Of a DNA stretch of 64,000 bases, positions 14,701 to 27,489 are shown piece after piece. The stretch is from Trichoplax sp. H2 (lineage: Eukaryota). The position numbers and the translations under genes are program-made. The stretch covers positions 1-64,000 of the forward strand of contig NOWV01000270.1 of the NCBI GenBank assembly GCA_003344405.1. Direction: 5' to 3'. The notes below the pieces were generated by a model that had not been told where the DNA came from, ran no database searches, and saw nothing but the letters and a program-made list of their open reading frames with translations. Each line of letters begins with the position of its first letter. The stretch's first letter is position 1.

Positions 14701-16384
14701 GAAATGATTACACTACCATATACTATCAGTGTTAAAAAACAGCGTAATCGAATATAAATTACAAACATAGAAAAACAGAATTACTAATTGATAACATGTA
14801 TTCACTTGTAAACATATTTTTCTCAATAGTTTGAATGACTACCGGCAGGGGATGCCTAAGGAGTATTTAGGGTCATCGTTCCGGCTAAATTTCTATAAAA
14901 ATAAACTTTCCTCTCTATTATTTTTTAAATCGGGATATTTCTAAAGGGAATAATTTTAAATATTTTTTCAATATTAACGATTATCAGCAAGCTATGATGG
15001 TGAAAATTTACTGATCTTGTTTATAATAGACTAAATTATAAAAATAAGAAATGAAGAGTAAAATAATGATTTCATTGACGAAAATTGTTGATGAGACGGT
15101 AAGAGAAATATTATAATATATTGACTATTATACTCATGTTTTACATCTTTACTCTAAACTTGTTTCTATAATTGTTATTTTTCGGCCTGTATACCAGTTA
15201 CATCATTACTGGCAAGAGACTAATTACATATGTTTAATTAATTATGCGTAATATTGATCACCAGACCACAAGAGATGTATTAATATATTGAATTTTTGCA
15301 CATTGAACATAAAATACTGTTTATTTTTCGATTCTACTATACTTGGCAAGGATCTTATAAATTTCTACCTCACAAGTTCCAACTGTTAGAGGAGTCTGAA
15401 CTTTATTCCACATAATTTTATGCTTTTCAATGCACTAATATATACTGTTCATACATGCTTTAAGTGATGAAATAGATTAAAAATTTTCAATCGCGGCAAA
15501 TCAGAGATTTATTAATAGATGTAGGCTTTATTTAATTATAAGGGATAATATTCAATAGACGCTTTGAATACATACATGATGGAACTAACTAAGTAAGGAT
15601 CGTATAAAGCTTCAAACAGGCATTTTATTTACCACCTCTATAATTTGAAAACTAGGAAACGATAGCACTAACCTTATAATAGCGTTATTTTTAATATAAT
15701 TGATTACATTGTTATAACATTTCATTACTAATACTGTCTCCGAGGCTTTTAATGACAGCTTTCTTGGTTACATGTAATGCTGATTCATTTTAGCCCTGCT
15801 GGGAACATTTTATGGTTAAAACAACAATATCAGAAAAAACTGAATTATTATTAGCAGGCTTAAGAAGTGATATGTTACCGTAATATATGTTCTGAAGGAT
15901 ATGAAATACAGATCTTATCGATTACATAAGAATATAATTGATCTCACCTAGCAAATAATATCATAAAATATTTAGGCGTTGATAGTAAAATTTCTATTTA
16001 AAGTCAATGCGCCGTTGAATTTTAAAATATTGCTCAAAGGATGAGAGATTAATAAATCATTTAATCATATGTAAACATGTACTTTACTGGTGATTTTATA
16101 GATGAAACTAGATTAGTGAAAGATGGTATAAAGCAATTTACTACTCGTCCAACGTGATCAAGTAGACAGAATAAAAATTGACATAATGTAAAAGTACACC
16201 TTCATATCGTGCTATACTAAACTTCCGAAACTCTGAAATACTAGATGTACATTTAAGGCCTAATCTACCTAACTTAAACTTAATATTTTAAATTGTCAGT
16301 CATGCTTCATTAATGCGCAATCGACGTGGAATTTATGATTATCAATATCATTTGCAACTGTTGTCTCATTATTATGGCAACAAA

Positions 16385-16680
16385 TTAGAGTAAAACGCAT
16401 ACAGTAGAGCGATAATTTTTACCGCGACCTGGATTACCAATTTTGATAGCAATGTCATCTCTTGCTATTTGCCTAAGAGCTCGTTGTAATTGATAATGAC
16501 TAACATCTGGGTAATTTTTTTTATACCAAATATTAAGAAAGTCCATGGTTTGATGAAATGCTTGATTAGGGTTTTCATTTTTGATCTTATCAATATCGAT
16601 GTTACTGTCTAACTTGACCGCCAATTTTGTCCAATCAGTACCAATAGAACTTGCAATGGGATCAAAGTAGTCCCTGACCT
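16385..16680 (-). CDS. Death-domain-encoding exon
   Basis: After acceptor ctacag: (E)VRDYFDPIASSIGTDWTKLAVKL..IDKIKNENPNQAFHQTMDFLNIW....LQRALRQIARDDIA, which fits the death-domain pattern (I...IG.DW..LA..L; L..W; L..AL..I.R.DI). Possible donor at 16422, otherwise stop at 16385. Confidence 0.8.
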
Positions 16681-17972
16681 CTGTAGTATTAATAATCAGA
16701 TCAAATTTTAAATTTTAAAACTAGTTTTATTGTTGCTTAATACCTGGTTCTTATAATAGAATAGTAAAACATGAAATCTACATCGATTTTGTGTTAAGAT
16801 GCCAAGGATTATCGAATGGTACAGAACGAATAGGTTATGATGTTATCTATAATAAATCCTTGCTATAGTTAGCACCTATAATTGCCTTATATACCGGTTG
16901 TAGTCATTTGCAATAATGTAATTATATTGAATTAATCTCAGTATTAATACGCTATAGGATTAGCGATTATCCTCGGGATTTGCTGTAGCAACTGCTAGTG
17001 TACATAAACATTATATAAGAATTATAGGTAATTATTTAGCATAACTAATTAGGTACGAATTCACTAATTAATGGTAATTACTAATTTGCTGCTGTTATCG
17101 GTTGTATTCAATTTTATTCGAATTCTGACCTTTCACTTTTACGACTCAAAGGATCTGAAACTAGCAAATTAAAATACTTTACTGCATGACATGAGTGAAC
17201 TTGTAAACTTGTTTATTATTAAATAAAACATATATACGCTATGGTATTCACTCTATCTTGCATGAATACTAGAAATTATATTATCTTGTTTTAAAGATTA
17301 TAGTGTAAAAATTATCAAAACAATTCCCCAAAAATGTGTAGCCTGGCAGTTTTTAATTAATATGCTATGTTTACGATTTTCGCTTATTATTTCTAAATTC
17401 AATAGGATTTCTGTTTTTCTTATTTTTTTTGGAGGTTGGTTGTTAGCCTAACGCAGCACAGTCAGGTGAATAATTACTATAGTGTGCTTGCTAGTATTAA
17501 GATTAAATGAAGAAGTTGTCATTCTTTTATGGAAAAATTCAAACAATTTCTATCCGATTAACCTCTCATCCTATCGGTAATTCGATAATTGAACTTTATC
17601 AGAATAATTGCAGTGGGTAAAAAATGATGGACGTCTTTAAGAACAACATCGAATACCTTAAAAATATCAATTTTGCTATGCGTCTTATTTGCTCTAAGTT
17701 TATCTACTTATTCTCTACCATATAATACGTGCATATCTAAACTAGTAAAGACAGAAAAAGCTAAAAATCATCCGAAAGAAAACCTGGTAATTTAAAGTTG
17801 TACTTATTCGTGTATCTTTCACTATTGGAATTTAAACAATCCGACTTATAATATAGACTAAATTTAAAGGTAGCGATATTTCGAACAGTCAAACTAGGCA
17901 ATTGATGAAAATCTACGCTAAGATGGAGAATGGTAGCAGTTTACTAATTACTAAAACAAGATTAAAAATGTT

Positions 17973-19208
17973 TTACTGTTGCGCATCTTTACCTCGAATT
18001 GGAGCAGGATGATACCGAAATTGTTGATTGGCATCAATGTCTTTTTTAAAATGACGTCGGATATTTTTGGATTTATTTCGTACAGCATCAACATCGGTAT
18101 ATCGACGAAGTCGGAGATAAGATTTCTCTAAATTATCATACAGGGTAGCTATTTGAGGATGATTTGAACCCAAAATAGCGGATATTATAGTAATGGCTTT
18201 TTGGTCCATAATAGAGGCTTTTTCGAATTGATTTTTATAATAATAGATATTTGCTATGTTTTGATACAAGGTAGCAACATCAGTATGGCTCTCTCCAAAT
18301 ATATCTAATCTAATTTTAAGCGATTTCTCATACATCGAAAGCGCCTCATCAAACATCCCTCGAAGACGATAGACTATACCCATGTTATAATACGAATCGG
18401 CGACGCGAGGATGATGATCGCCAAGGATTTGGGTTAAAATTTGCAGTGATTTTTCATACAGCGATAGAGCATTGTCATGCTTTGTTTGGCTTGCACAGAT
18501 TCTTGCCATATTATTATAGATAGCAGCCACATCAGGATGATTATTGCCGAATGCTTCCAATTTAAGACGAAGTGATTTTTCGTATAAGGAAAAAGCTTCA
18601 TCAAATTTATGCTGTTTATGATAAATGCTTCCTATATTACTATATGACATAGCAACATCCGGATGGTTATCGCCTAATACATTTAGCCTAATTTTAAGCG
18701 CTTTTTCGAACTTGCAGAGAGCATCATCAAATTTGCTCCAGTGAGCAAAGATGTTTCCGATTTTAGTATAGGAATTGGCCACATGGAGATTGTCGTCTTC
18801 CGAGTCCTGTAATTTTATTTCAAGGGATTTCGTATAATCACATAATGCTCCATTTTCATTATGGTTTGATTTCTTGATATCGCCTTGAATGTCTAAATAT
18901 TGAGCTATTCGCACTTGATCTTGTATTTTAACGGCTAATTCTTGCATTTTTTGGCTAAATTCATCAGCTTTCACCAGCTCGCATTGCCTCAAGTAGATAT
19001 TGGAAATGTGGAGGTAAATCTCGCATTGTAACTGTTGAAGGTCTTTACCTGGTTTAGACACAGTTTGAATTTGATCGAGAGTTTTAATATAGCAAGACAG
19101 AGCTTGTTGATGATTGTAGCTGTTATAATATTTTTGGCCCTTTTGGTATAAAGATTGGATTGCCTTAATGACGGTACAACTTACGGATTGATTTACTGTT
19201 TCATCCAT
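17973..19208 (-). CDS. TPR-repeat protein (42-aa KLC-like repeats), paralog of the gene at 1485-3105; probably spliced at 17993
   Basis: 411-aa ORF shares the N-terminal region (GQ.Y.N..QQALSCY...L.QLQC.IYL.I..IY.RQ; QDQVRIA..LD) and HPDVA..Y.N repeats. A pyrimidine-rich AG lies directly before the ATG; donor CGA G|gtaaag at 17992. Confidence 0.88.
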   Translation of the reverse strand: MDETVNQSVSCTVIKAIQSLYQKGQKYYNSYNHQQALSCYIKTLDQIQTVSKPGKDLQQLQCEIYLHISNIYLRQCELVKADEFSQKMQELAVKIQDQVRIAQYLDIQGDIKKSNHNENGALCDYTKSLEIKLQDSEDDNLHVANSYTKIGNIFAHWSKFDDALCKFEKALKIRLNVLGDNHPDVAMSYSNIGSIYHKQHKFDEAFSLYEKSLRLKLEAFGNNHPDVAAIYNNMARICASQTKHDNALSLYEKSLQILTQILGDHHPRVADSYYNMGIVYRLRGMFDEALSMYEKSLKIRLDIFGESHTDVATLYQNIANIYYYKNQFEKASIMDQKAITIISAILGSNHPQIATLYDNLEKSYLRLRRYTDVDAVRNKSKNIRRHFKKDIDANQQFRYHPAPIRGKDAQQ

Positions 19209-22200
19209 CTAGAAAGAGAAGATTGCTTACATCAAGCTTGTGTCGAACATAAATGTTGCATACTGAAATAATACGCATATTATGAAAGATTATTTATTAT
19301 GACTCCATGCGTGCTATATTATGGTGCTCTAGTGGGTTTAAATTTATGTCTTACTGCATTCTTGATTAAGATTGAGCTAATATTTATCCAGTGCTAGGTT
19401 CGATTTCTACACTATACGGTAAAGGTCACTTGAAGGAGTAGTTGGTTATATCATTGAAATGCTTGTTAATTTTTACATAGTTTATGATTCAATAGGTGTA
19501 TTAAGGTGAAAGTAGTTTGTCTTATGATACTGTATTAATTTTAGGGAAACTATTGAACCTATCCGATTATGAATTCTTAATTTGCAAAGATTAATAAATA
19601 GTTTAGCTGTATTTCTAAACCTTTGAAGTACTTTGACCCTATATCAGACTTAAATTCATCTTACATACCTCCCTAACCCTAACTCTTGCTTCGCTTACCG
19701 TAAATTTATGACCAACTTTAATAATCTAATCAGCTTTGAACTATATCTCAAGATTGCTTAAGAGTAGTTCCTTGTAACATTAGCGAGATTAAATAACTTA
19801 AATAGCTGTTGACATTAATATAGTAGATCCTATATAAGAAGAGATATCTCATTTATTGTGATGATTAAAATAGTGTTGTCGACTAAAAGTATATAAACAA
19901 TGTAATTAGTTGTTATCTATGCTGTATTTGGAAAGATAGACGATTATATAGGAACCATGGTGTTAGTAGAAGCTCCTATTGTATCAATTAGGAAGCTATA
20001 GTAACTTATAAGAGGACAGATGATGATTGCCAGCTGTGCATAAAGCGAGGTCTTTCTGTTAATAGTAAGTTCTTATCCTCCGTTAACATTAGACTTCCAG
20101 TAAATTGTTAAATAGCTATTATTATCCACCGATGTCTTCTTTGGATTTGAATTTTATTATATTCCTATACTGTTGTATCCTAACAGGAATGTTGGAATTA
20201 TAGTTTCCCATTTGGTATAAAATAATATTACGTGTGTATAGTACCGCTATTACAGTAATTTTGGATTAAATTAATAATTAGTCAATTTATTTTCAACATT
20301 TACGCGCAATTCCAAAATTGTTTAGTAATATTGGAACTCCAGAAAGTTTTGATGGTTCATTATACTATTTCATTAGTATATTGTAGAATAGTTTATATGG
20401 ATACACCTACCACTGACATTTTACCAATTTTGGGTGATTTATTTATCAATCAGGTCGGTTTTAGGTTTCTACAGTAAGATCGATTGCTCGTATTTGCATT
20501 CCTAACAATTTTGAGGCGCAGTATGATTTTGGCTTTGCAAAAAGTAATTTATTACATGTGCCACTGATACTTGATTGCTTCTTATTACGAATCTACTTTG
20601 AGCTTAAGGTAGTCTCATCCTACTTTTATTTTATTAAGTTCAGAGAATTTATTAATCTCATGAGTCATCGCTTTATATAGCGTTAATGAATCTTAAATAA
20701 GAAGAACAGTAATGTTCACTGTCCCTGCTTCGTTATTTAGGGTATTTAATTAATTAAATTAATTTCAATATTCATATTGAAAAGACTACTTGGTTGTACT
20801 AGTATCCTTGTCATCCTTTTCGTACCATACCCTGTAACTATTTACTGTATATTGCCATAATTTCGATACATATAGCCACTATCGCTATTGTATTGATTTT
20901 TGATAGTTCGCTAATCAAGTCATTTAAGTATCTATCTCGAACAGTTCGCTTAATAATTATAGTATTTCTAACAGTTTGAGAAGCTCTATAACTACTGTTC
21001 TGACAAAGTAAATGGTAGTTTAGCTATATAATCGTACTTTTATTAATTTAGAGAATTTTAAATTCAATTAGCTTTATTCGTAAAGATTAATACACTATAG
21101 TGATAATTTTGTTATACTTTATTCTAGACTTTAAGTTTTCTTATTCTACCTCTCTTTCATTGAATTCTGGCACCGGCAATGATCAATCTGATGAATTTCC
21201 GTTTTGAGTTGCCAAGGCTACTTAAAATATTTAAGTAATATCCTTAATAACTTTTCTAGATACCGTATAATTTCACATATGCGCAAAAGAATATAGGAAA
21301 TATTACATATTTCCGCTGAGTCATTAATTTAGAATAATTAGAGTATTAATCAGGACAGTTGCAATTTTAAAGACTGCCGAACTGTTACTGTATTTATCTC
21401 GCTGAATTTAGATTTATCGACGAATTTTTTAAAGATTTTGACTTGGCGTTGGCTCAAGATTATACTGTATAATCTATGTATTACTGCTGCTTCGCTGATT
21501 TAGGGTCATTATTGATAAAATTTGCTTTAATTCTTATATTGTATTTGAACAGGTATCAAGAAGCGAAACTATTTAGTAGGATAGTCTCCTTGTCTATTGT
21601 TTATAGTGCTGATTAAAATATTACGCTATCGTCAAGCGATATTCATACAAATTTAAAACGATGAAATGTCAAATTCTGATGAAAATAAAATAAAATAAAG
21701 GATTTAAAGCTAAAACTGAAGCTAGCTGAACCTAAATTTCTTATTCAGTTTAAATTATACTAGATCAATTATCATTTAAGTACTATTCATAGGATTAATA
21801 TCAATTAATAATAAAGTATATAAAATGGAATTATAGCTACAATTTGCAGTTTTACTAGTATTATTGAAACTTACATCCAGTCATGCGTATAATTTTAGCT
21901 GGCGCTGATCACCATTAAACACTACTTCAAATTGGATATGAAATTAATAAAATATTTAGGTTCGGATGAAATAAAAATTTTAACAGCAATTTGACCCACA
22001 TTCAGCTAATAGTTAATTGTTTATTCCGGGAATATGAGTAATTCTGTCAAAGATTACTTCTTCAAATTTGAAAATTTATGTCGCTTTCCAGAGTATTTAA
22101 AATTAGCTGAAATGGGAATTACTTGGTTAAATGTTAGAAATCAGATCTGACGAAAAATGGCTTATACTCCTAGAATTCTGGAAGAGTAGACACTAGATTA

Positions 22201-24559
22201 ATGTAAAAGTTATCATTGCCTTGCAAAATTAAATACTGCTAGCGGATACTATTAGGATAAAGTCGTAAATCCGGAAAATCTATGACATTTTAACTCAGAG
22301 TATATCACGTTTGGGGTGTTATCACAATCATTAATAATTCAACAGAGTAGGAGTCATTCTTTTACAATTTTAAGTTTATATACCCTAAGCTTGTGAGTGT
22401 TCAAACCCAATATAGTTACTTCTTATCATAACGATGGCTAGGATTAAGATACTTTTTATTAATCATCAGGATATGATTAGAAATGATTTATATGAAGGAT
22501 GAAATAAATCAAACTATAAAAAAATAACAGAATAAACACTGCTTAAAGTAGATTAAGATTTGTTTAGAAATTATTTTGATGTATAGTGTACAGAATAAGC
22601 TATACTTTTTGATTACGTTGTCTGTGAAGTTTTAAACTGAGATTTACAGTATTAGTACTTGAATGTATGCCTATTAGATAGAAGGTAAAGTCAAAACAAG
22701 AAGTATACTTAACATCAAGACTTATTAGTGATATTTTACAGTAGTTGTGTATGCATATATGACGGAAATAAAAGATAGAAGAAGTAAAATTAATTAAATG
22801 ATCTTGTTTACACTTAATTATACTTACTTCAAGGTTAGTCATAAGGGTACAGATTATGGAATGAGCTATAAAATCTAGCTATACTTTATGTGAAATTCTA
22901 ATGGTGGAGGTTTAACGATAATAAATAAGATCAACGACTGTAATGATACTGCTATAAATAGATTATGCTGATTTCGAGATTATTCGCAATAGTGCAGAAA
23001 ATAATATGAGTTGATGATTTCTGTCATATTTTTAGTGAAATATTTTTAGAAGAGATTTTACAGTACTAGTGGTTGCATATGGGACCGATATAAAAGGGTA
23101 ACGTAAATCAAAATAAAGAAAAAGTTGTATTTTCGCGTATGTGAAGAACATTTTATGACTGCTCAAAGTATAGACTGAGCCATAATAGTAAGCGTAGCTG
23201 TGGTTTATACAAAATCTCGACCAAGTTTTTATAGTATTTTATGCTGATACGAAATAGTAAAAAAAGTCGAAATAAAAAATGTGTATGTTTAAACTTAGAC
23301 TTTTGCATATTGATACAGCATATAAAATATACCATAGATTGAGTCTGCTTTCTACGAAATTTGGGCAAAGATTCTAAAGTATTATCATTTTCATAAATAT
23401 AATGAACTGATAAAATTAGGTAGAAAATATTACGGCTTAAGCGATGTCAATTATAAGAAGATTTTTAATGAATTTATAGTCAATTTTGTATTGTAGCTAA
23501 ATGCTTTCGTGAAGAGAGTTGAAAAAATTTGGTTGCAGACTATTTCTAAATTTAAAGAGTTTAAAATTACTCCAAAATCATTCCTAATATCATTTAGTGA
23601 TATTAGTAACACACCTGATTATAAACCTGTTTTGGTTTGTAATTTCTTTTAGAAAAAGATCTCCATCGCAGACTGTTTTCTATATAGTCAACTGCTATAT
23701 AGATTCCTGCTTATGATATTCCGATTCAAAATAACGAAGTTTTCCTTTTAATAGCCGCAGCAATATTGATTAGCCCAAATTCCCTAATGGATAAATCGAT
23801 ATAGATAAATTGGCTTGGAATTAGAGTGTGAAAAATGAAGCGATTTTCTCTTTTAATCGTTTTTTTACAACTATCATTGAATGTTGAAAACGTGTAATAA
23901 TTGCTAAAATGTCATTTATACCGTTAATTAATGTGAAAGTTGCGTAACTGCATGTATGGATTATTAATTACTTCATATATTGTCGAGGTTCAATTATCTA
24001 ATGCAGGTATTGTGTCTTTTTGTACTTTAGAATATAAATTATAAAATAACTGTACCAAAGAGTTGTTCTAAATCCGTCGACTATTGAATAGACTCAAGAA
24101 ATTAATGCTATTAATGCATTGATCATGTAGAGTCTTTAAAATGCTTTATTCTTTCATTTAGAAGCCTATTTGATCTATTTCTAAGGCTAGTATTGATTAA
24201 AATACATTAATTTAAAAATACTGTTAGCAAGAAAGCATTGTTATTTAAATAATAATTGACTTCGAATAATTACTTATAAAATGCCCTTTTGAAGACATTA
24301 CTTTCACAATCTGCTATATTAAGCATTGAATTATTCATGATTTATGATGATGATGGTCGTTGTTATATCCACTTAAAATGACGGTAGTATTCGCTCTTAT
24401 ACTAATATTATAAATATTAGTATTAATGTACCATAAATAATACTAATCTATGTAGGCATGCATACATACTAATATAATACTAGCTAACTAACTAGTTGAA
24501 GGGAAACTTTTTTGGAGTGGTCTGTCCTGATAGTGCAATGACAAATAGTACACTGACAA

Positions 24560-25930
24560 TAAGCTGAGCAAAATGTCTCTCGATCACCGTACTCAATATT
24601 CAACAAAGTTATACCGACACAGATGATGATTTTTTGCGTTGTTATCTTGTGAAACAGCCTAGACTCTTGTTCGATATGCTATCTCACGTTACGAACATTT
24701 CTATATGTTTAACGGCTGTGGTAGATAGTAGTAATCCATGAATGTTATTCCTCGTCAATGTTATAGATGTGTTCTGACAGCTTCCGGGTGATAGAAACTG
24801 GTAGCTGATCAATATATATGTATGACAATATGCACGTGGCTCATATCGAATATAAAGCCGATCCGATACCAGATATTCTTCAAAATTAAACTGCATATCG
24901 TATGATGAAAGTATTGAAGAAATATAATACTCGCGTTCTGCTCGGCTTTCTTTGCTTACATATTTCTCGTATATTACATGATAATCTATCATTAAATTGA
25001 TCATTATTTCTTTCATATTGCTATTCAAATGAAATTGATGAAGTATACAATTAATTAAGTTTCTTGATATTATTTCTTGACCGAGTGGCTTTTTCATATT
25101 TGAATCGTATATTACAACTATCAGCTGGACAGTTTTTTAATAATATTACATTTCATAATAAGCTTACTAGCCAAGTAACATCAGTTATAACGATTGATTG
25201 ATTAATTAGCGCTTGATAAAATAATAAAGTATTCTAACATAGATATTAGATCATCGTCACTTTCGTATAATGCATATTGTTCAGCTAATTGTTTTATTTC
25301 TTGTATTGTCATCATTTTATTAAGTTTATTAGTTCTGTCTTGGGTAATTAGTGATGTTGTTGAAGACCTTACTTGACTAGCAGGTATATGCAATATTGCA
25401 GCCATCATACAGCCATCGAATAGGAATACAACCTTACAAATGCGATTTTGATTCAATAAATTATTCAATAATGCGATTTAGATGATAACAACACAGTTTA
25501 CGTTGAGTATTTGTAGAAATAGTGTTATCTTCTCCATTGTAATTAAAATTAATTGTAGAAGAATAAATATTATTCTTATAGGAAGGTATTTGAGCTATTC
25601 TTCTTCTAATTCACAAAATCGACTGTTTCGTTCCTCTTCACTTTCGATACAATCTGCATGAGTACCGACTAAAATGAAGATAGCTGATCGATATTTTACT
25701 GGATCGTCCTTGATAGTTATCAGGATCTTGGGTCAGTATTACTACGAGTAATAGCAGTGAACCATTCTTGTATAGACTGTGAGTATGTCATCTTCCTTAT
25801 TGAGTCATTTTTGTATTAAAAGCTTGATTAATATTTTGAATTATAACAAATAGAAGAATATATATACAGTTATTACCAGACGTGAATAAAGTAGCAGGAT
25901 AGATGGGATAACCGCGGAAATCTACTATTT
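24560..25930 (-). pseudogene. Decayed Roc-COR (ROCO GTPase) coding remnant
   Basis: Minus-strand fragments: VDFRGYPIY..IYILLF (~25925-25845, degenerate WDFAGQ/G3 region), IQEWFTAI, AIFILVGTHAD (~25685-25650, Roc G4-type motif), then COR-like TIQEIKQLAEQY...LISMLEYF...ITDVTWL. Interrupted by stops and frameshifts. Confidence 0.65.
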
Positions 25931-26799
25931 TAGCATACCGAATATGTTGTATATAAAAGATTGTTCAATTTTTACTAAGCAAATATTTTGATAGTTGATG
26001 ACTTCCCGATAAGTGGAGGACCAATGAATCTAACTTGTGTTAAATTATTATGCGTAAGTTGTTTCTGTTCGATTTTAAATGTCTGAATGCAGTAGTTTTC
26101 AATCAATAACGCAAAGAACGTTGTAATTTTGAATGATAATGACGATAATTGATTAAAGGAATAAAAGACTATTTTAAACTGATTAAAGTCTGAAATTAAA
26201 ATAAGTCGGAGTTGGGGATTTTCAATTTACCTTTTTAATCATGTTGTAAAATCAGGTGTTTTACTTGTAGAAAAATAAGTAATAGAATAACATATTATGA
26301 TTTTGAATTACTGATCGATTTATACTAGAAAAAGTAGGGTACTGTACTCATAAATTATGAGTTACAATGTATTAAATCTTTATTATGGACAGCTAACTAA
26401 TTTATCTTACTCGTCGCTAATGGATGGCGCACATTCTATGTTTGATTACTTTAACGATTGCGTTGAATTGAGAGCCTTGTGTAATAAAGATTAACACAGT
26501 CTATAGTACTGTACATAATATGCAAACTGGTATAATACAGACGTAGAAAATACCTGAGATGGATCAATCGCATCTCAAATAATTTGAGGCGCAATCTTTG
26601 GTGCAATCAATTGCTTCCAAGCCTTTTCTATAGTTTAATTAGTGTCGATAAGTCTATCATATCGTAAACCACTAATCTTGAAATTTGAAGGAATATATAA
26701 TAGATTGCTTTTGAACGAGAAGATATACAAATTAAATTAGTATTATAGTATACCCTGTACTGCTAGTGATTGATCGTATCTATTTTGATGTAGTTTACT

Positions 26800-27230
26800 G
26801 CGAAAAATTATTGATTTATGTTGGATAACTGCTGCATCGTTATATCGATGTTGTTGGCTACAGCAGTTGAGCATACAATCGTACAAGATAGCGATGTTGG
26901 AATGGTTTTCTCCTAGCAGATTAACTAAAATAGTAATTGCTGCTTAATATGTAGAGTAGAGATAGCCTGATCATAATATGTATCGGTCACTTTTTGATTT
27001 AGATCAGCTAAGTGTTGGTGATTCTTTCCAACTAATCGCAGTTGAATTTTAAGAGATATTGCATATCGAGAAAGAGCATCCATGTATCTACAGTATTTTC
27101 TATAAGCGCTACCCAAGCTGTTCTATAGCATAGCTATATCGAAATGAAAGTCGTCAAGAACTGATAATTTAATTTCCGAAGATTTCTGATACAGTTGTAG
27201 AGCATCGTTGTGCTTGCCTTAATAGTTCTA
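26800..27230 (-). pseudogene. Decayed TPR-repeat coding remnant
   Basis: HNDALQLYQKSSEIKLSVLDDFHFDIAML*NSLGSAYRKYCRYMDALSRYAISLKIQLRLVGKNHQHLA: the same 42-aa repeat as the intact TPR genes, with an in-frame stop and a downstream frameshift. Confidence 0.75.
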
Positions 27231-27489
27231 AAAACTTCCTGCATGGTGGTTATCCATCATCTAGTATTGACTTTAGGCAAATCTCTATTCTTAGTCACCC
27301 AACTGTATCCAATAGAGCTGTGGTTCTCATCGACTATGAGATGCATCACTACACTATGGCCTACTCCTTTATTGGAGTAGGCCATCGCATAACCCATGAG
27401 GAATCCGTCGATACAGCTAAAATGTCAGGCAACGACTCAAGATAAAACTCTTCACTCTAAGCCTAAATCCAAGACAGTCCTTCTCCAAT

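Noticed and set aside
19671..19683. ccctaaccctaac telomere-like motif
   Set aside because: Only two units, which is expected by chance.
19300..24500. Possible further coding remnants (e.g. ~22035-22190, ~23480-23820; also ~5190-5320 and ~26530-26620)
   Set aside because: Fragments look vaguely protein-like but carry no motif I can assign without an HMM search.
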